Shown here piece after piece: positions 59,652 through 64,000 of a stretch of DNA of 64,000 nucleotides. The translations under genes and the position numbers were made by a program. The stretch's first letter is position 1. Each line of letters begins with the position of its first letter. The stretch lies in assembly GCA_964611355.1 (NCBI GenBank), contig CAZSYD010000001.1, forward strand, positions 66,745 to 130,744, given 5' to 3'. This stretch comes from an uncultured Ignavibacteriales bacterium. Lineage in GTDB: Bacteria; Zixibacteria; MSB-5A5; GN15; JAAZOE01. The notes under the pieces were generated by a model. That model was given only the letters and a program-made list of their open reading frames with translations. It did no database searches and was not told where the DNA came from.

Positions 59652-61418
59652 GTGCTGAAAGCAATACTGATAGCCGTGGCGGTAGCCGTTATTTTCTGTA
59701 TACTTTTTCTTATTGGCGCCGCCGCCGTCAAAGCCGGAGACAAGATAGTCGAGTTTACGGACATGGAAGTCGGCGATCTGAAAGTCGGCGGCTTTGAACT
59801 GACCGAAAAGGGGAAAGTCGAAATCTTCGGCGTCGGCGCTCGCGCCGGTTACAGCGATAAATCCGCCGCCTACGGCTGGATCATTGATGCCGACGAGCGT
59901 GATCTGGTTTGGTCGATGGATGACGACTGCGATGATTATTCGGATATATCTGACATGCTGGCCGAATGTGAAGGTGATATAGTTCTGCGGCCCGGCAAAT
60001 ATGAAGTGTATTATTACGTAGGCACGCCGGGCCTGTTTTTTTCCGACGGCAACATATCCATCAATGACCTGGGTGATCTGATCAAAATAATTGGCGATGC
60101 CGTAAAATTCGATTACGAGGATAATAAGCAATTTTACGAGGACGAGCTGGAAGAGTTGACATTTATCGTAAGCACCGACGTTCCCGCCAGGTCATATACG
60201 CCCTATTTCGAGGAACCGGCAAATGTGGTAGCCGCCTTTAATCGTCTTGAAAGCGATGAATATCACAAACACGGTTTTACGCTGTCTCAGGAACTTTCCT
60301 TGGCTATCTATGCCATCGGAGAATATTCCGATTCGTATGAGCTTTTTGCCGACTGTGGTTGGATAATTGACGCCGACAGCCGTAAGAGAGTCTGGCAGAT
60401 GGATAAGTGGAACACCAGCCGGGCCGGGGGCGCCAAAAAGAATCGTATGTTCCGGGATGAAATAACCCTGCCGGCCGGTAACTATATAGCCTGCTACGCC
60501 ACCGATGATTCCCACGACTTCGGTGATTGGAACGCCCAGCCGCCTTACGATCCCGTTAATTACGGGATGGTAATCACCACCGCCGATCCGGATAACATCA
60601 AGCATGTATCGGAGTACCGGGAGGAAGAACTGCCCGAAACGGAAATACTTGCTATGACGCGTATCGGCGATGATGCTTTCGAAAAACAGGGGTTTATCCT
60701 TAAGAAGGAGGCCCGAATCCACATCTTTGCGCTCGGGGAACGAGACTACAGCGGCGATGAACTTGTTGATTACGGCTGGATAGTCAATGCCGAAAACCTT
60801 GACAGGGTCTGGGAGATGACCGATGACAATACCGATCCTGCCGGAGGCCACGTCAAAAACTGCGCCTTTGACGGAATTATCGAGTTTCCGGCGGGCGACT
60901 ATATGGTTTATTATCGAACCGACGGTTCACATGCTTCCGGCGGCTGGAACGCTTCACCCCCCTTCCGGCACAGGGATTATGGCATTTCGCTGTTTGGTCT
61001 CGGGAGTGATTTCTCCAAAGATGATTTTGAACTCGTCGATGAATTCCACCCCGGCGGCGATCTGCTGGTCAATTTGACCGGTCTTGGCGATGATGAGGAG
61101 TTAAATCAGAGATTCAGCTTATCCGGGGCAACCGACATCAGGATTATGGCTGTCGGGGAAGGTAAGTCCGGACGAATGTACGATTACGGCTGGATTGAAG
61201 ATGATAGCAGCGGCGAGATCATCTGGGAGATGACCTACCGCAAGACTAAGCACGCGGGCGGAGCCTCCAAGAACCGGATGCTGACAGCTAACATTACACT
61301 GAAAGCGGGAAATTACACCGCCTGTTTTATCACCGACGACTGCCATTCATATAGGGGTTTTAATGCTTCGCCGCCCGACAACCCGGAAAGATGGGGTATG
61401 ATTATTACCCGGAAATAA
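59652..61418 (+). CDS. Exported hypothetical protein with four tandem ~140-aa domains
   Basis: Hydrophobic N-terminus; repeated (Y/C)GWI...(V/I)WxM...AGG..KN...(L/F)xAGxY..YxTDxxH..(W/F)NAxPP. Confidence 0.85.
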   Translation: MLKAILIAVAVAVIFCILFLIGAAAVKAGDKIVEFTDMEVGDLKVGGFELTEKGKVEIFGVGARAGYSDKSAAYGWIIDADERDLVWSMDDDCDDYSDISDMLAECEGDIVLRPGKYEVYYYVGTPGLFFSDGNISINDLGDLIKIIGDAVKFDYEDNKQFYEDELEELTFIVSTDVPARSYTPYFEEPANVVAAFNRLESDEYHKHGFTLSQELSLAIYAIGEYSDSYELFADCGWIIDADSRKRVWQMDKWNTSRAGGAKKNRMFRDEITLPAGNYIACYATDDSHDFGDWNAQPPYDPVNYGMVITTADPDNIKHVSEYREEELPETEILAMTRIGDDAFEKQGFILKKEARIHIFALGERDYSGDELVDYGWIVNAENLDRVWEMTDDNTDPAGGHVKNCAFDGIIEFPAGDYMVYYRTDGSHASGGWNASPPFRHRDYGISLFGLGSDFSKDDFELVDEFHPGGDLLVNLTGLGDDEELNQRFSLSGATDIRIMAVGEGKSGRMYDYGWIEDDSSGEIIWEMTYRKTKHAGGASKNRMLTANITLKAGNYTACFITDDCHSYRGFNASPPDNPERWGMIITRK

Positions 61419-61463
61419 ATAAGAAAACCCGGCAACCAAACGATTGACTAACTTTCCTCTATC

Positions 61464-61501
61464 AGGGCAGGGGTTTTTCAATAACGCCCCTGCCTTTTTT
61501 T
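61464..61501 (+). terminator. Intrinsic terminator
   Basis: GGCAGGGG...CCCCTGCC followed by a T-tract. Confidence 0.75.
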
Positions 61502-61635
61502 GTGCCTTTTATAATTTTCAAGGTTAACATAACCGTTCCCGGTTACCAGATCAATCTTGACAGGAGCCGTTAAAATCGTAGATTGGAGCGATTTGTTGAT
61601 GTGTTGCTTGAGTAAGGCAAATAAGGGTTATAATT

Positions 61636-62841
61636 ATGAGATTGTACGAATTTGAAGGTAAGGAACTTTTCAAACAATTCGGCATACCGATTCCTGATGG
61701 ACAAATAGCCGAAGATATCGATGCTGTCGGAAAAGTCGTTTCGGAATGGAATAAACCGGTGGTTCTCAAATCGCAGGTTCTGACCGGCGGCCGCGGCAAG
61801 GCGGGGGGCATTAAGATCGCCGAAACGGCCGATGACGCGCGCCGGATCGCAGAACAACTTTTCAACCTGAAGATCAAATCGTTTCCGGTCGAGAAGCTTT
61901 TGATCGAGCCAAAGCTTGATATCGCCCGCGAATACTATCTCGGAATCACCATCGACCGCGCCAAATACAGGCTGGTTGTCATAGGTTCGTCGGAAGGCGG
62001 CGTGGATATCGAAGAAACTGCCGAAGAACATCCCGAAAAAATCATCAAGCTCGTTCTCGAAATAGACGAGCCGCTTTACGGTTTTGATGCGCTGTATCTG
62101 GCTCGGCTGATGGGCTTCAAAACCGAACAACTCAAACCCGCGCAAAAAATTATCATATCGCTTCTTGACCTGTTCAAATCCTACGATGCCAAACTGGTCG
62201 AGATAAACCCGTTGGTTGAATTGAAAGATGGAAGTCTGGTGGCGGCCGATTCGCGTATTTCGCTTGACGACGACGGCCTGTTCAGACACCAGGACCTGAA
62301 AGATATGGGGATTGAGAAACGGCACGAGGAAGGCGAAATGACGGCGCGTGAGAAACAGGCGACCGAATGGGGAATCCCGTATCTTGATCTCGACGGCGAT
62401 ATCGGCATGTTTCCCGGCGGCGCCGGTTTCGGCATCATGGGCAACGATTTTGTCCAATACTTTGGCGGCAAACCGGCCAATTTCATGGACAGCGGCGGCG
62501 GGCCGTCACCGGAGAGGATCGCCAAAATGCTGGTGCTTCTCGATGAAAATCCGAACGTGAAGGTAATCTTCGGCGCACGCTTCGGAGGCATATCGCGGTG
62601 CGACGATTTCGCCAAAGGGGTAATAAAATTCCTCAAGGAACACGGCCTGTCGAAACCGATGGTAATGCGCATGACCGGCAACATGTGGCAGGAAGGGGTG
62701 CGTATTTTCGACGAGGAGCGAAAAGCCAACCCGGAACTGTTTAAGAGCATCGAGGCGCACGGCATCGAGACGCCGATTGAAGATATCGCTAAACGAGCGG
62801 TCGAACTGGCCCGTAAGGCCGAAGCCGGAAGGAACAACTGA
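61636..62841 (+). CDS. sucC: Succinate-CoA ligase beta-like subunit (divergent substrate site)
   Basis: MRLYEFEGK, GGRGKAGG, EYYL, EINPL, PANFMD, FGGISRCD. Confidence 0.82.
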   Translation: MRLYEFEGKELFKQFGIPIPDGQIAEDIDAVGKVVSEWNKPVVLKSQVLTGGRGKAGGIKIAETADDARRIAEQLFNLKIKSFPVEKLLIEPKLDIAREYYLGITIDRAKYRLVVIGSSEGGVDIEETAEEHPEKIIKLVLEIDEPLYGFDALYLARLMGFKTEQLKPAQKIIISLLDLFKSYDAKLVEINPLVELKDGSLVAADSRISLDDDGLFRHQDLKDMGIEKRHEEGEMTAREKQATEWGIPYLDLDGDIGMFPGGAGFGIMGNDFVQYFGGKPANFMDSGGGPSPERIAKMLVLLDENPNVKVIFGARFGGISRCDDFAKGVIKFLKEHGLSKPMVMRMTGNMWQEGVRIFDEERKANPELFKSIEAHGIETPIEDIAKRAVELARKAEAGRNN

Positions 62842-63707
62842 TGGCTATCCTGGTGAATAAAAAATCCAAAGTGATCGTACAGGGGATTACCGGCACGGCC
62901 GGAAGGTATCACAGCGAACGGATGATTGCCTACGGAACCAATATCGTCGGCGGCGTCACGCCCGGTAAAGGCGGAATGAAAGTGGAAGACCGGCCGGTTT
63001 TCGATACGGTCAAAGAATGCGTCGATTACACCGGCGCCGATACGTCGGTTATCTTTCTTCCGGCTCGGTTTGTAAAAGAAGCGGCCATCGAGGCTATCCG
63101 GGCCGAAATCAAATTCGTCGTCATCGTCCCAGAACATATCCCCATTCATGATATGCTGCATATCCGGAAAGAAGCCGAAAAGTACGCCACGACCGTGCTG
63201 GGCGGCAACACTCCGGGTATCATTACTCCCGGCGAGGCCAACCTCGGCATCATTCCCGATATCGCTTTCAAGCCGGGGAGAGTGGGAACGGTTTCGCGTT
63301 CCGGTTCGCTTACCTATTACGTCGCCGATACGCTCACCAGAACAGGTTACGGCGAGACGACCTGTGTCGGTCTGGGCGGCGACCCGGTTCTCGGTTCGAC
63401 CTTTTCGGAAATTTTGTGGATATTTGAAAACGATCCCGCGACCAAAGCGGTTGTTATGACCGGCGAGATCGGCGGCGTTTACGAAGAGATGGCGGTCGAT
63501 ACCATCGGCGGCATGAAAACGCCGGTTCTGGCGATGATCGGCGGTATTTACGCCCCGCCCGGCAAGCGGATGGGTCACGCCGGAGCTATTGTCGAAGGCC
63601 GAATGGGGACAGCGAGGGAGAAACTGGAAATCCTCGCCTCCGCCGGCGCGCACCCGTGCAGGACTTTTCTCGACATCCCAGCCACGCTGGAAAAATTGGG
63701 GGTATAG
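62841..63707 (+). CDS. sucD: Succinate-CoA ligase alpha subunit
   Basis: QGITG, GVTPGK, SRSGSL, GEIGG, RMGHAGA (catalytic His). Confidence 0.9.
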   Translation: MAILVNKKSKVIVQGITGTAGRYHSERMIAYGTNIVGGVTPGKGGMKVEDRPVFDTVKECVDYTGADTSVIFLPARFVKEAAIEAIRAEIKFVVIVPEHIPIHDMLHIRKEAEKYATTVLGGNTPGIITPGEANLGIIPDIAFKPGRVGTVSRSGSLTYYVADTLTRTGYGETTCVGLGGDPVLGSTFSEILWIFENDPATKAVVMTGEIGGVYEEMAVDTIGGMKTPVLAMIGGIYAPPGKRMGHAGAIVEGRMGTAREKLEILASAGAHPCRTFLDIPATLEKLGV

Positions 63708-63807
63708 GCAGCTTTCTGACGGATCAGAGGATATTTCGATAGATTGCTTCGTCGCTCCTCTACAACCTTGAATTCGCATATCATGATGCGTTTGCATTAG
63801 TTATGGT

Positions 63808-63992
63808 GAAATGGGTTTGTTCCGTCATATTTATGTTTTGCAACTACAGGTTTGATGGTGAATGCTTGAGTGATTTTTATTCTGCCCACATATATTTGGA
63901 TAATCTGACATAGTCATCCATAAAAGGCGGGGGATTATTAAAAAATGGTGGTTTTGTATTGAAATTGGCGGAGATGTATCATAATATCCAAA
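63808..63992 (+). repeat. Dispersed non-coding repeat copy B
   Basis: Matches 40506-40760 without the 70-bp insert. Confidence 0.92.
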
Positions 63993-64000
63993 CTTGGATA

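Noticed and set aside
62181..63797. 538-aa minus-strand ORF
   Set aside because: Antisense shadow of sucC/sucD with no recognisable motifs.

Overview
Bacterial chromosome segment, mostly housekeeping and about 50% GC by eye. It probably comes from an anaerobic diderm of the FCB-adjacent groups; the giant Cys-rich cohesin/dockerin/FlgD-Ig secreted protein is typical of candidate division Zixibacteria (inference). A 100-N scaffold gap indicates a draft or MAG assembly. Contents in order: LiaF/DUF5668-type envelope genes; a ~1.7k-aa secreted protein split by the gap; a dtd-maf-rodZ-like-smc-ftsY-yjbQ-rlmH cluster; trxA, rhomboid, a pseudo-receiver protein and ccdA; several stand-alone enzymes; two tldD/pmbA pairs; rnhB-yraN; ispG; iorAB-buk-ptb-ptb; a surA/ppiD-like gene; an envelope operon (M23 and MA peptidases, lpxL-like, MacA/MacB/TolC-like, waaF, PfkB); a four-repeat exported protein; and a divergent sucCD. 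No rRNA, tRNA, CRISPR, integrase or transposase was recognised. The most unusual part is 40.3-43.6 kb, an AT-rich array of exported-protein genes. Three of these genes start exactly 42 nt after the same point in a conserved ~70-nt REP-doublet-like hairpin. The first hairpin appears split at its apex by a 541-bp non-coding insert with CGGTT duplicated. That insert carries a promoter-like ~185-bp repeat that recurs at the window end. All calls are from manual reading; no database searches were run.
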